Source: Synechococcus sp.
Lineage (GTDB): Bacteria; Cyanobacteriota; Cyanobacteriia; PCC-6307; Cyanobiaceae
Reading direction: 5' to 3'
Assembly (NCBI GenBank): GCA_047285305.1
Contig: JBJBDL010000003.1
Span: 1,824,001-1,888,000 of the forward strand
Length of the DNA stretch: 64,000 bases
The stretch's first letter is position 1, and the number at the start of each line of letters is the position of its first letter. Below are positions 12,412 through 23,161 of the stretch, one piece after another. The position numbers and the translations under genes were made by a program. The notes below the pieces were generated by a model. The model did not search any database. It was not told where the DNA came from and was given only the letters and a program-made list of their open reading frames with translations.

Positions 12412-13617
12412 TCAGAGCGTCGGCAGGGTGCCTGCTGGATCCAAGCGCTGTTTCAGCTTTCGCAACTCGGGCAACCAGGAGCCGAACGCTGCCTGCAACT
12501 CCTTGTGATGAAAGGGCAGATGGTCATGAAACTGCGCCAGATGCACACCAGGGCAGACCGACTGAAGGACCAGCCAGACCTCCTCCAACCAAGCAAGACT
12601 GCGCCTCTGGCCCTGGGCATCCCCAGGAGTCCAGGCGGCGGTGATCCAGGGCTTCCACTCGGCAGCGCGGTGCACGAACGAGCTGGCCTCCACGGCAGCC
12701 TCTTGCGTCGCCCCCCCCAGCTGCTGACAGGCCAGGCTGCAGAACAGATGAGGACGATGCTGCAGCAAACGGCATAAATCCGGCATCACGGCCCCCCAGA
12801 GCTCAGCAGCTGCCGGCCCCAGCAATCCAACCACCTCCGTGTGAGATCGCGAAGGCATCGGAGCCGATCCCCGCAAAGGTGGGAGCTGGTGCAACCCATC
12901 GATCTTCTGCGCACCGGCCCAAGGGGCATCGGCAATCCGGAGCAACTGCACCGCGTCAGCCCTCTCCCAATGCCACTGCAGGCTGGTGCTGGCGTTTGAC
13001 GCTTCCGCCTGGAGCATGAGCTCAGGGAGTTGATCCGAAGACACCACGCATTGCTCCACCCACAGCGGCAGGAGCGGCTGGGTGGCCATGCGCACCGCGC
13101 TCACCACCCCCAGAAACGGAGCTGCGCCGCAGAGGCCCCTCCACTCCAGCGAACCGGCATCGGCAGCCCGAGACAGGGCAAAGGGACTGCCATCACCCCA
13201 GACCCCATGGATCTCGAGCACTTGATCCACAGCAAGCCCCACCTGCCGGCTTAGCGGGCCCATGCCACCCGTGAGCACATAGCCAAGCCCAGGCAGACCC
13301 GACAAACCAGCCGCCACGGTTCGGCCATAGGGAAGCAAGGCCTCCAGCACGTCTCCCATCCGGCAGCCCGCTCCAATCCAGACCGACTGATCAGCAGGCT
13401 GCCACTCCACACGTTGGAAATGGGTTTGCAGATCAAGGGTCCAGTGGTCGGCCACGGCGGCCCGAGATGTAGTGCCCCCGCCACAGAGACGCAGCGGCCG
13501 CGGGCCGGACCAGTCCTGAACCAAAGCCGCCAACTCCTCTGGTCGAGGGGAGACCAGACCGGATCGCCTCGCATCAGCCGCCTGCGCATTGAAGAAAACG
13601 GGACGGTCTGAATCCAT
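12412..13617 (-). CDS. FAD-binding oxidoreductase (PCMH/BBE-type)
   Basis: LRLCGGGT, VWIGAG, GYVLTGGMG, C-terminal LRKLKQRLDP. Confidence 0.8.
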   Translation of the reverse strand: MDSDRPVFFNAQAADARRSGLVSPRPEELAALVQDWSGPRPLRLCGGGTTSRAAVADHWTLDLQTHFQRVEWQPADQSVWIGAGCRMGDVLEALLPYGRTVAAGLSGLPGLGYVLTGGMGPLSRQVGLAVDQVLEIHGVWGDGSPFALSRAADAGSLEWRGLCGAAPFLGVVSAVRMATQPLLPLWVEQCVVSSDQLPELMLQAEASNASTSLQWHWERADAVQLLRIADAPWAGAQKIDGLHQLPPLRGSAPMPSRSHTEVVGLLGPAAAELWGAVMPDLCRLLQHRPHLFCSLACQQLGGATQEAAVEASSFVHRAAEWKPWITAAWTPGDAQGQRRSLAWLEEVWLVLQSVCPGVHLAQFHDHLPFHHKELQAAFGSWLPELRKLKQRLDPAGTLPTL

Positions 13618-13644
13618 TGCGATGCGACCGATATAGTCAAACCA

Positions 13645-14745
13645 TTGGAACAGCAGAGCGACCTTTTGGCCGAACAGCACGCAGAAACCGGTAACGAGCG
13701 TCTTGGCGTTCTGATCTGCGGCCACGGAAGTCGCAACAGACTGGCCGTTGAAGAGTTCGCCCAGATGGTCGACGCCCTGCGGCCTCGGCTCACCCCGATG
13801 CCGGTGGAACACGGCTACCTGGAATTTGCCCGCCCCATCCTTCGGGATGGCCTTGAGGCACTTCGGCAGAAAGGGGTCACCAAGGTGCTGGCCATTCCCG
13901 CAATGCTTTTCGCAGCGGGGCATACCAAGAACGACATCCCCTCTGTTCTGAACAGGTACACGGCCGAAACGGGTTTACCGATCGATTACGGCCGGGAGCT
14001 GGGGGTGGACCGGTTGATGGTGTCGGCCGCCGGGGCTCGCGTTCAGGAGTGCCTGGATGCGGCGAAGCAAGACATTCCATTGGACGAAACCCTGCTGGTG
14101 GTGGTGGGTCGAGGCTCCTCGGATCCAGACGCCAACTCCAACGTGGCCAAGGTGACGCGGCTGCTGGTGGAAGGATTTGGTTTCGGCTGGGGAGAAACGG
14201 TGTATTCGGGCGTGACCTTCCCCCTGGTGGAACCGGGGCTTCGTCACGCCGTGAAGCTCGGCTTCCGCCGGGTGGTGGTGGTGCCCTATTTCCTCTTTTC
14301 AGGGGTTCTGGTGAGCCGAATCCGCCAACACACCGAGCTGGTGGCTGCCGATCATCCCGAGGTGGAGTTTCTCGCTGCGGGCTATTTGGGCGACCACACC
14401 CTGGTGGTGGATACCTTCAAAGAACGGGTCGAGGAGGTGTTGCGGGGGGACACCGCCATGAACTGCTCGCTCTGCAAGTACCGCGCCCAGGTGCTGGGCT
14501 TCGAAGAGGACGTGGGACGCGCCCAGGAAAGCCACCACCACCATGTGGAAGGCCTTGCGGAAAGCTGCACGCTTTGCGAACTGGAGTGCACCGGTGCCTG
14601 CCAACCCGACGGCATCCCGATTGGCCATGACCACAGCCACCCTTCAGACCACAGCCATGACCACCATCACCCCCCTTATCCCCACGCCGACCATCCCCTG
14701 GGACCTACCACGTTGAGGCGCAACAATGGCGCGCCTAAAGATTGA
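13645..14745 (+). CDS. cbiX: Sirohydrochlorin cobaltochelatase, long form with His-rich tail
   Basis: GHGSR, GYLEFARP, GHTKNDIP, GRGSSD, MNCSLCKYR, His-rich C-terminus. Confidence 0.9.
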   Translation: MEQQSDLLAEQHAETGNERLGVLICGHGSRNRLAVEEFAQMVDALRPRLTPMPVEHGYLEFARPILRDGLEALRQKGVTKVLAIPAMLFAAGHTKNDIPSVLNRYTAETGLPIDYGRELGVDRLMVSAAGARVQECLDAAKQDIPLDETLLVVVGRGSSDPDANSNVAKVTRLLVEGFGFGWGETVYSGVTFPLVEPGLRHAVKLGFRRVVVVPYFLFSGVLVSRIRQHTELVAADHPEVEFLAAGYLGDHTLVVDTFKERVEEVLRGDTAMNCSLCKYRAQVLGFEEDVGRAQESHHHHVEGLAESCTLCELECTGACQPDGIPIGHDHSHPSDHSHDHHHPPYPHADHPLGPTTLRRNNGAPKD

Positions 14746-14871
14746 TTCCATGGATCCAAAGAGAACCTGCTGATGACTTGTCGCCAATGACACGGTTCTC
14801 GAAAGCGACAGCAGCGACGAAGCAAGGATCAGCTTTTCTTATCGTAATCGCTTCGCCAAGTTTCGCCCCCT

Positions 14872-14902
14872 TTTTCCACACAAAAAAACGTCGTTTTCCA
14901 CA
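14872..14902 (+). promoter_or_regulatory. Pair of DnaA-box-like nonamers TTTTCCACA
   Basis: Exact TTTTCCACA at 14872-14880 and 14894-14902 in a long intergenic region. Confidence 0.45.
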
Positions 14903-15150
14903 GGCTGAAGTTCGCTCGTCCGATGTGACGGTCAACCTGTGAATTTCCAAGGGAATCGCACCACTGGGTTGACAGACCGTCTATCCGACCTAGAGCAACC
15001 GCACCTCGCCACTTCCGGTACTCTCAAACCCAGTCACAGACTTCTGTCTCATCTCGTCTCACCCGCAATCCAACAAATGGCGACGGCTTTGACGCAAGCG
15101 CCGGTTGTGTGGCTTTCTTGGTGGGCGTTGGATAGGGACAAGCTGGAAGA

Positions 15151-15417
15151 ATGGATCGAAATCACCTCGAGCGATGCCATGAGATGGGAACCACGGAGCG
15201 CGGGACTGCTTCGAAAGCCAGCTACGTGAGCCTTGAGTCGGAAATCCCAGAGGTGCTCTATCGAGGCATGAAGGATTTCATCGGAGAGCACCCCAGCTGG
15301 GACCAATACCGAGTTATGAGTTCTGCTCTTGCCCACTTCCTGTTTCAGAACGGCTGCGACGACCGCGCTGTGACCGAGCGCTATCTCGACGATCTGTTCA
15401 TCCGCCCCGACCACTGA
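15151..15417 (+). CDS. DUF2811 family protein
   Basis: VSLESEIPEVLY..MKDFI..HPSWDQYRV..ALAHFLFQNG. Confidence 0.8.
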   Translation: MDRNHLERCHEMGTTERGTASKASYVSLESEIPEVLYRGMKDFIGEHPSWDQYRVMSSALAHFLFQNGCDDRAVTERYLDDLFIRPDH

Positions 15418-17041
15418 GGGCCAGCAGGCAGGCCCGACGGCTCAAGGCCATCATCGTCAGCGTTGGGCTCTGCCAGGCCGACGTCGGCCAACAGGCGCCA
15501 TCCACCACAAGAACGTTGGGAGCGCGCCAAAGACGGTTGGAGGAATCAACGACGCTGCTGTTCTCGCTTCCCCCCATCGCAGCCCCTCCCACCTCATGGA
15601 TGTAATACCCAGGGGGAGCTGCACCTTCAGACAGCGCAACAGCGCCCTCCAGGAAAGGTTCAACCAAGGGGAGATAAAAAAGGTCTTTGATCGATTTGGC
15701 ATCGCCCCCGGCGGCGGCGATACAGGCCTGGATCGAGGCGCGCATGTGCCTCACCATGGCCAGTTCATTGCTGCTCCAACGGCAGGCAATCCGGGGAACA
15801 CGCACACCCCAGCGATCCGTACGCTCACTCAAAGTCACCCTGTTGTCAGCCCTGGGAAGAACTTCGCCGTGACCAATCAGGAACCCGGTGATGCTTGAAG
15901 GGCGACGCCGTAACCATCGCGGCGGATCAAACCGTCCAATGCCACCCCAGAGGCCATAGCCGCCCTGAAAATCAGCCGATGGCAGGTGTCGGCCAAACGG
16001 AACGAAAAAACTTCCAGCGCCCGTGAGCATGGGCTGCTCCCCCTGAACAGGCTCGGAGACGGCAAAAAACTGCGATGTGGAGACATGGTCCATCAAACGT
16101 GTGCCCAGTCGTCCCGAAGGGTCGTCCAGTCCGTTGCTCTGTTCGCCACGACGGGAGCGCAACAGGATGGAGACGGTCTGAATCGTGGAAGCAGCCAGGA
16201 CCACGAGATCCGTCTTCAACTCCCTGCGGTTGCCATTGGATTGATCAACGGCAACCACACCAATGGCTTTATCTCCACCGGCATCCATCAAAAGATGCTC
16301 CACCAAATGCCCAGAGAGCAGCTGGGTGCGTCCTGTGGCAATGGCGCGAGGAAGGCTGCTGCCGCGACTGCTGGAGCGCGGCCAGGCGGGATCTTCTCCC
16401 TGCGGCGCCGGACCAAAACCCCTTGAGGGAATCACGGGATACCCCAACCGTTGCCGCACAGCTTCAGCAAAACGCTGTTCCGCGGGCGTCGCCGCCAGAG
16501 CCGGTTGCGTTTCGCCGTCCGGCAAATGCTGCAAACCATCGCGCCCACCATGAACGCCCAGCCAGCGCTCCAGTTCGGCGTAGTGAGGTGTCAGCTCACC
16601 GCTGCGCAATGGCCAACGGACCTGTTCACCCTCCACATCCACACCGCCCAGATCCTCATCCGAGAGACGCAGGGTGATGCCACCCCAGGTGAGGCTGCGG
16701 CCGCCAACCTGCAGGCCTCGCGTCCACAGAAACGGCTGATCCACCGGGTGCTCATAGGGATGCAGACGCTCATCGGCATACAGACGAGGGTTGGCTTTCC
16801 AGTAGCCGGGATGCTGGGACTGCTGGCGATGGCTGCCGCTGGTCAGGCCCACGATCCGACGCAGCAGATTTCTCGGTTCAGCCCCGAAGGCTTGCGTGCT
16901 GTTGAGGTCAGGTCCTGCCTCCACCACAAGCACCCGAGCTCCTGCTTCAGCAAGGGTCATGGCGGCCACGCCGCCACTCGCTCCCGAGCCAACAACAATT
17001 GCGTCCCAGGGGCCATCGCAGTTCATGGAGCGACTGCTCAT
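15398..17041 (-). CDS. GMC family oxidoreductase
   Basis: VVGSGASGG, VGGRSLTWGG, HEVGGAAMG, VVDGACWPT, PTLTMMAL. Confidence 0.92.
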   Translation of the reverse strand: MSSRSMNCDGPWDAIVVGSGASGGVAAMTLAEAGARVLVVEAGPDLNSTQAFGAEPRNLLRRIVGLTSGSHRQQSQHPGYWKANPRLYADERLHPYEHPVDQPFLWTRGLQVGGRSLTWGGITLRLSDEDLGGVDVEGEQVRWPLRSGELTPHYAELERWLGVHGGRDGLQHLPDGETQPALAATPAEQRFAEAVRQRLGYPVIPSRGFGPAPQGEDPAWPRSSSRGSSLPRAIATGRTQLLSGHLVEHLLMDAGGDKAIGVVAVDQSNGNRRELKTDLVVLAASTIQTVSILLRSRRGEQSNGLDDPSGRLGTRLMDHVSTSQFFAVSEPVQGEQPMLTGAGSFFVPFGRHLPSADFQGGYGLWGGIGRFDPPRWLRRRPSSITGFLIGHGEVLPRADNRVTLSERTDRWGVRVPRIACRWSSNELAMVRHMRASIQACIAAAGGDAKSIKDLFYLPLVEPFLEGAVALSEGAAPPGYYIHEVGGAAMGGSENSSVVDSSNRLWRAPNVLVVDGACWPTSAWQSPTLTMMALSRRACLLALSGRGG

Positions 17042-17056
17042 GGAGGTACCACAGAC

Positions 17057-17083
17057 AAAAAAAAATCTCCCTAGAGGGAGATT
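17057..17083 (-). terminator. Terminator downstream of tRNA-fMet
   Basis: AATCTCCC-TAGA-GGGAGATT hairpin with an A-run on the + strand. Confidence 0.75.
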
Positions 17084-17100
17084 GTTGATTCAATCAGAGT

Positions 17101-17177
<77 letters not shown>

Positions 17178-17222
17178 GCGACTGAAAAATCATACATGTC
17201 GGTGTCGCAGGTGACAGCAAAG

Positions 17223-18191
17223 TCAGGACTGCAAGGCACCGGACACGCTGAGCTTGACGCTCGGGTTCACGACCAGCACCTGCTCATCGAGCTCGTCAAG
17301 CCCCATGGGTGTGAGCCACTCGAGTTGACGCAACAGATGCAGGGCAACCGCTTGCTTGGCACGACGGGAGCCGTCTTCGACCTTGATGGCTACTCCAAGA
17401 CCTTCACCAACGCGGCTAAGGCATTGAATGCCCTCTGCACCGCCCTTGCTCAAGACCTGACCGTGGCTGCGACGCATCAGCTCGGTGTCGAAACGTCCCT
17501 CACCCGCCACAAGGTCGGGGTGACTCAGCATCGCCCGACTGATCTGCTCGAGTTCGGCATGTTGTGAGGCACCGAGGTGGGCATAGAGCAAGGCCATCTG
17601 AGCCAGCTGCAACACCAGGGTGGGAGCACCACAGTCATCCCGTTCGGAAACCAATTCCTCAGCAGGCAAGCCGATCAGTTCAGCGACCCTGCGATTAACT
17701 TCGACCTGGAGAGGGTGGTCTTGCTGTAGATAGGTCTCGATCGGCCAGCCCATCTTTCGGCTGGTGGCGAGGAAGGCAGCGTGCTTGCCGGAACAATTGT
17801 GCTGAAGCGGACTGTCAGCCCCATTTGGCACAGGGCATTGAAGTGATGAGCTGTCCAACTCCGCTTTCCAGAGCAACCGGAAGGCTTCTCGGGCATGGGC
17901 ATTGGTGCCCGCATGGGACGCGCAGCTGATGGCGATGCCCCGTTCATCAACATCCAGCTGGTCGGCAGTTCCACTGCTGAGAAACGGCAGGGCCTGAAAG
18001 GGCTTCAGGGCCGAACGAATGAAACTTTCAAAGCCGGGGTTTCCTGCCGACATCAACACCCGTCCTCGGCCATCACAGACCACGGCATGAACGCGATGCA
18101 CCGATTCCGTGATCGATCCGCGCCGCAAGCAGACCTCAAGGGGGGCTGCCCCGGATCGGGCTGCAGGGCTGAAGCCCGAGGGCAAAGTCAT
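17223..18191 (-). CDS. L-asparaginase II family protein
   Basis: RSALKPFQA, SCASHAG, HNCSGKHA, DDCGAP, SKGGAEG, KVEDG. Confidence 0.9.
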   Translation of the reverse strand: MTLPSGFSPAARSGAAPLEVCLRRGSITESVHRVHAVVCDGRGRVLMSAGNPGFESFIRSALKPFQALPFLSSGTADQLDVDERGIAISCASHAGTNAHAREAFRLLWKAELDSSSLQCPVPNGADSPLQHNCSGKHAAFLATSRKMGWPIETYLQQDHPLQVEVNRRVAELIGLPAEELVSERDDCGAPTLVLQLAQMALLYAHLGASQHAELEQISRAMLSHPDLVAGEGRFDTELMRRSHGQVLSKGGAEGIQCLSRVGEGLGVAIKVEDGSRRAKQAVALHLLRQLEWLTPMGLDELDEQVLVVNPSVKLSVSGALQS

Positions 18192-18207
18192 CGGAACCCC
18201 GATTGAT

Positions 18208-18702
18208 TCAGAGAGCCTGACAGAGACTGGCACCGGCCAGCATCAAACCCGCTGAGGTGGCCATGGCCCGTCCCAGACGACCCAGGATCGGACGAACCTC
18301 ATGCCGGGCCACCAGCAGATCGCGTTCCCGCCAGGAGAGAGGCTTTTCCCAAGTCTGCCCGTCGTACCAGCCGGATTCCTCATAGTCGACGGACTCACGC
18401 ATAAGCCGCTGCATGACGTACGTCCAGCCCAGCCATTGCCTCACCAGCAACAGTAGTGGGAGCACAAGAGCGGCCACAGCGGCTGCGGCCAGGAGCCGGG
18501 GCGGATCCTGCTTCAGGGTCCAACTCCCACTCGCGATCAGGCTGCACACCGGCAGCATCAGAAGCCAGAAGCCTGCAAGGCGTTGGCTCAGGCGAGGTTC
18601 CTGACCCGCTGGCCAGGAGAAGAACCATGACTCGCAGAGCTGTTGAAACTCCTCAAGAGGCCGCTGCTCCGGTGGAACGGGGCAGGACACCGCTTCTGGC
18701 AT
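18208..18702 (-). CDS. CGLD27 / Ycf36 (DUF1230) family protein
   Basis: CPVPPEQRP, LGWTYV, YEESGWYDGQTWEKP. Confidence 0.88.
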   Translation of the reverse strand: MPEAVSCPVPPEQRPLEEFQQLCESWFFSWPAGQEPRLSQRLAGFWLLMLPVCSLIASGSWTLKQDPPRLLAAAAVAALVLPLLLLVRQWLGWTYVMQRLMRESVDYEESGWYDGQTWEKPLSWRERDLLVARHEVRPILGRLGRAMATSAGLMLAGASLCQAL

Positions 18703-18713
18703 GGATTAAGCGG

Positions 18714-19070
18714 TTACTTCACCGACGGTAAGAAGGTTCGGCTTTCGCCGTGACTCCAGAACGCCTCAAGGTCGTAGTAGCCGCGCTCATCCGGCATCAG
18801 CACGTGAACGATCACATCGCCGTAATCAAGAAGCGCCCAGCGCCCCTCATTCAGCCCTTCCTTGCGCAAGGGAAGAAGGTCTGCCTCAGTCTCCAGGCGG
18901 TCTTCAACCGACCGGGCAATTGCACGCACCTGAACGTCGGACTGACCGCCTGCGATCACCATCCAATCCGCCAGGCTGGACACCTCATCGACACGAATCA
19001 GACGGATGTCGGTGGCCTTGCGGTCATCGCAGGCATCGGCAACCAGTTCAGCAAGTTTTTCGCTATCCAT
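18714..19070 (-). CDS. rsfS: Ribosome silencing factor (iojap)
   Basis: DDRKATDI, SDVQVRAIA, WALLDYGDVIVHV, YYDLEAFW. Confidence 0.95.
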   Translation of the reverse strand: MDSEKLAELVADACDDRKATDIRLIRVDEVSSLADWMVIAGGQSDVQVRAIARSVEDRLETEADLLPLRKEGLNEGRWALLDYGDVIVHVLMPDERGYYDLEAFWSHGESRTFLPSVK

Positions 19071-19698
19071 AAACGTTCTCGCTGGTAACGGAACTGCGTG
19101 AGCCCTCCTGTTGGGCCATTTCAGCTCTTGCCTTGCTGGCACTCTTGCGCAGCGCTTCAAGCCGGTCTTCGTAGTAGCTGCGGCGGCGCTTCTTGCGGGT
19201 CTTTTCGACCAGCTCCTTCAAAGCGCCCCCAAGACTGCGATAGGCGTTCGGCACGCTGTAACCAAATCGGCAGGCCAGATCGATCGCACGCTCGTCGGCA
19301 CTGATGGCGTCCTGCAGGCGTTTTTCGGAATTGTTCTTCAGGTAAAGCCGATACCCCGCAAAGCCGGACAGGCCGAGAGCCATCAACAGCAGCAAGCCAT
19401 CCTGAACCCACAATTCACCAATGGCACCGCCGAGACCGATGGCCATAGCAGCCATCTCCCAACCGTCCCGGGGAATCGTGTCGTTCTGGATCCGACCAAC
19501 TTCATGCCAGAACAGCAAATTGCGGTGATCCAACGCGAGGGCATCCCATTCGTCAAGATCCACCTGGATCTCCACTTCATCCCGGCCAATTTCCTCAAGG
19601 GTGATCAATGGAGGATCGACTGCAGCAGCTGATTCCACAAACACCCAGCTCTGCATTTCCGGTGGCAGCAGCCCCTTCAGGCGCTGGAGCTCACTCAT
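19063..19698 (-). CDS. DUF3318 family protein
   Basis: Conserved cyanobacterial ORF (LLFWHEV, ADERAI); family recalled. Confidence 0.75.
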   Translation of the reverse strand: MSELQRLKGLLPPEMQSWVFVESAAAVDPPLITLEEIGRDEVEIQVDLDEWDALALDHRNLLFWHEVGRIQNDTIPRDGWEMAAMAIGLGGAIGELWVQDGLLLLMALGLSGFAGYRLYLKNNSEKRLQDAISADERAIDLACRFGYSVPNAYRSLGGALKELVEKTRKKRRRSYYEDRLEALRKSASKARAEMAQQEGSRSSVTSENVYG

Positions 19699-19802
19699 TG
19701 CAACTCTGGTGCTGATCTCCCTTCACCGTAGCGAGGCCAAGTCCCCTGGTTGGGGCGAGGCCGCGTGAGAGGCTTGATCTGTTTGGCCAAGGACGATTTC
19801 CC

Positions 19803-22800
19803 ATGCCGAGGCGGTCTGATCTGCGTCGCATTCTCCTGCTGGGATCTGGTCCGATCGTGATCGGCCAGGCCTGTGAGTTCGATTACTCCGGAACCCAGGC
19901 CTGCAAGGCCCTCCGAGCCGAGGGATATGAAGTCATCCTGATCAACTCCAATCCGGCGTCGATCATGACCGACCCGGAGATGGCGGATCGCACTTACATC
20001 GAGCCGCTGACGCCAGACGTGGTGACACGGGTGATCGAGCAAGAGCGCCCGGATGCTCTGCTGCCGACCATGGGCGGGCAGACCGCCCTCAACCTGGCGG
20101 TCACCCTGGCGGAAAACGGCACCCTCGAACGCTTTGGCGTTGAGTTGATCGGTGCCGATCTCAAAGCGATCCAGAAGGCGGAAGACCGTCTGCTGTTCAA
20201 GCAGGCCATGGAGCGCATCGGGGTGAAGGTCTGCCCTTCGGGCATCGCGTCATCTCAAGAAGAAGCCGAAGCCGTCGGGGCCGCGATTGGAAGCTTCCCC
20301 CGGATCATCCGGCCCGCCTTCACGCTGGGGGGAAGTGGAGGGGGCATTGCCTACAACCCCGAGGAGTACGCAGCAATCTGCAAGAGCGGGCTTGAAGCGA
20401 GTCCGGTGTCTCAAATTCTGATCGAGCAATCGCTCCTGGGCTGGAAGGAATTCGAGCTTGAGGTGATGCGTGATCTGGCGGACAACGTCGTGATCGTCTG
20501 CAGCATCGAAAACCTCGACCCCATGGGGGTGCACACCGGGGATTCGATCACGGTGGCTCCGGCCCAGACCCTCACAGATCGTGAATACCAGCGGTTGCGC
20601 GACCAATCGATCGCCATCATTCGGGAGATCGGTGTCGCGACGGGCGGCAGCAACATCCAGTTCGCGATCAATCCCGACAACGGCGACGTTGTGGTGATCG
20701 AAATGAATCCCAGGGTGAGCCGATCGTCGGCCCTGGCAAGCAAGGCCACCGGCTTCCCGATCGCCAAGATCGCTGCTCGCCTCGCCGTCGGTTACACCCT
20801 CGACGAAATCCTCAACGACATCACCGGCAAGACGCCTGCCTGCTTCGAGCCAACGATCGATTACGTCGTCACCAAAATTCCGCGCTTCGCCTTCGAAAAA
20901 TTCCGAGGCAGTCCGGCGGTGCTTACCACCTCAATGAAATCGGTGGGCGAAGCGATGGCCATCGGCCGTTGTTTCGAAGAGTCGTTCCAGAAAGCCATGC
21001 GTTCCCTGGAAACCGGGTTCTCGGGCTGGGGAGGCGACCGTGAGGAACCGGAGCTCACTGATGGTGAGCTGGATCGTCAGCTGAGGACCCCCTCTCCGGA
21101 GCGCATCCTCAGCGTTCGAACGGCGATGGTGCGGGGACGCAGCGATGAGGAGATTTATCGGATCAGCAGGATTGACCCCTGGTTCCTGGCCAAACTTCGA
21201 CGGATCATTGAGGCGGAGGCCAGGCTGATCAAGGGCAAAATCCTGGATCAGCTGGATGCCGACAGCTTGTTTGAAGCCAAGCAGCTGGGTTTTTCAGACC
21301 GACAGATCGCCTGGCACACCAAAAGCGACGAATTGTCGGTGCGTCAGCGGCGCCATCAGCTCGATGTTCGCCCCGTCTTTAAAACCGTCGACACCTGCGC
21401 TGCGGAGTTCGCTTCCTCCACCCCTTATCACTACTCGACCTACGAGCGTCCCTTGCAGACCCTGCAGGCCGACGGATCCCTCAACCCCCTTCCCGCTTCA
21501 TCTGAGGTGAGTCGTCGCGAGGACGGCCGCAAGATGATGATCCTCGGTGGTGGACCCAACCGAATCGGGCAGGGTATCGAATTCGACTACTGCTGCTGCC
21601 ATGCCTCCTTTGCAGGGCAGGATCAAGGGATCACCACGGTGATGGTGAACAGCAATCCGGAAACGGTATCCACCGATTACGACACCAGCGACAGCCTCTA
21701 CTTCGAACCGCTCACCTTGGAGGACGTTCTCAATGTGATCGAAGCGGAGCGTCCCGATGGCGTGGTGGTCCAATTCGGAGGACAAACGCCTCTGAAACTC
21801 GCGATTCCTCTGCTGCGCTGGCTGGACAGCGATGAGGGGCGCGCCACGGGCACCAGCATCTGGGGCACCTCCCCTGAATCGATCGACCGGGCCGAGGACC
21901 GCGAGCAGTTCGAAGCCATCCTCCGCAATCTGAACATCCGCCAACCCCTCAACGGCTTGGCACGCAGCGAGGAGGAAGCAAGGGCAGTGGCCACACGAGT
22001 GGGCTACCCGGTCGTCGTGCGTCCCTCCTACGTCCTGGGCGGACGGGCCATGGAAGTGGTGTTCGACGAAGAGGAACTCAACCGCTACATGCGCGAAGCC
22101 GTGCAGGTGGAGCCAGACCATCCGGTGCTGATTGACCAGTACCTCGAAAATGCTGTTGAGGTGGACGTAGACGCCCTCTGCGATCACACCGGTGCTGTGA
22201 TCGTCGGTGGTCTGATGGAGCACATCGAACCGGCAGGAATCCATTCAGGCGACTCAGCCTGCTGCTTGCCCGCGGTTTCCCTTGGCGAGGCGGCACTGAA
22301 CACGATTCGTGATTGGAGTCGCTCCCTGGCGCAAACGCTCGAGGTGCGGGGTCTGATCAACCTCCAGTTCGCCGTGCAGCGCAACACCGATGGCTCAGAA
22401 GTGGTTTACATCATCGAAGCCAACCCCCGCGCCTCCAGGACGGTCCCCTTCGTCGCCAAGGCCACAGGTCAACCTCTCGCTCGCCTGGCAACCCGACTGA
22501 TGGCGGGCGAAACACTTACCGACATCGGCATGCCCAGCGAGCCGAAGCCGCCGCTTCAGTCGATCAAGGAGGCGGTGCTGCCGTTCCGGCGCTTCCCGGG
22601 GGCCGACACGGTGCTGGGGCCGGAAATGCGCTCCACGGGAGAAGTGATGGGATCAGCCGACAGTTTCGGCATGGCCTATGCCAAGGCTGAACTCGGCGCG
22701 GGAGAAGCGCTGCCCACCCAGGGGACGGTGTTCCTCTCCACCCACGATCGCGACAAACAGGCGCTGGTACCCATCGCCGCTCGGCTGATCGAACTCGGGT

Positions 22801-23126
22801 TCGATGTGACGGCCACCTCAGGCACGGCGCAGGCGCTCGCCAACGCGGGATTGAAGGTGCAATCCGTGCTCAAGGTGCACGAAGGGCGCCCCAACATCGA
22901 GGATCAGATCCGCTCCAATCAAGTGCAGTTGGTGATCAACACACCGATTGGCCGCCAAGCTGCCCATGACGACAAGTACCTGCGTCGGGCAGCGCTCGAT
23001 TACGCCGTTCCAACTGTGACGACCCTCGCGGGAGCACGAGCAGCGGTGGAGGCGATCTCTGCGCTCCAGCAACAACCGAGGCTCAGCATCCATGCCCTAC
23101 AGGACGTTCACGCCATGCAGCGTTAG
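19803..23126 (+). CDS. carB: Carbamoyl-phosphate synthase large subunit
   Basis: [17 protein letters not shown], duplicated ATP-grasp domains, C-terminal MGS domain. Confidence 0.99.
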   Translation: MPRRSDLRRILLLGSGPIVIGQACEFDYSGTQACKALRAEGYEVILINSNPASIMTDPEMADRTYIEPLTPDVVTRVIEQERPDALLPTMGGQTALNLAVTLAENGTLERFGVELIGADLKAIQKAEDRLLFKQAMERIGVKVCPSGIASSQEEAEAVGAAIGSFPRIIRPAFTLGGSGGGIAYNPEEYAAICKSGLEASPVSQILIEQSLLGWKEFELEVMRDLADNVVIVCSIENLDPMGVHTGDSITVAPAQTLTDREYQRLRDQSIAIIREIGVATGGSNIQFAINPDNGDVVVIEMNPRVSRSSALASKATGFPIAKIAARLAVGYTLDEILNDITGKTPACFEPTIDYVVTKIPRFAFEKFRGSPAVLTTSMKSVGEAMAIGRCFEESFQKAMRSLETGFSGWGGDREEPELTDGELDRQLRTPSPERILSVRTAMVRGRSDEEIYRISRIDPWFLAKLRRIIEAEARLIKGKILDQLDADSLFEAKQLGFSDRQIAWHTKSDELSVRQRRHQLDVRPVFKTVDTCAAEFASSTPYHYSTYERPLQTLQADGSLNPLPASSEVSRREDGRKMMILGGGPNRIGQGIEFDYCCCHASFAGQDQGITTVMVNSNPETVSTDYDTSDSLYFEPLTLEDVLNVIEAERPDGVVVQFGGQTPLKLAIPLLRWLDSDEGRATGTSIWGTSPESIDRAEDREQFEAILRNLNIRQPLNGLARSEEEARAVATRVGYPVVVRPSYVLGGRAMEVVFDEEELNRYMREAVQVEPDHPVLIDQYLENAVEVDVDALCDHTGAVIVGGLMEHIEPAGIHSGDSACCLPAVSLGEAALNTIRDWSRSLAQTLEVRGLINLQFAVQRNTDGSEVVYIIEANPRASRTVPFVAKATGQPLARLATRLMAGETLTDIGMPSEPKPPLQSIKEAVLPFRRFPGADTVLGPEMRSTGEVMGSADSFGMAYAKAELGAGEALPTQGTVFLSTHDRDKQALVPIAARLIELGFDVTATSGTAQALANAGLKVQSVLKVHEGRPNIEDQIRSNQVQLVINTPIGRQAAHDDKYLRRAALDYAVPTVTTLAGARAAVEAISALQQQPRLSIHALQDVHAMQR

Positions 23127-23161
23127 GCCACCGGTAGGGTTGCAGAAGCCACCTCAACGCT

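Noticed and set aside
12412..13923. 503-aa version of the FAD oxidoreductase
   Set aside because: The extension overlaps divergent cbiX by ~280 bp; the ATG at 13617 is preferred.
14742..15229. Short ORFs in the cbiX-DUF2811 spacer
   Set aside because: No protein-like features; the region looks regulatory.
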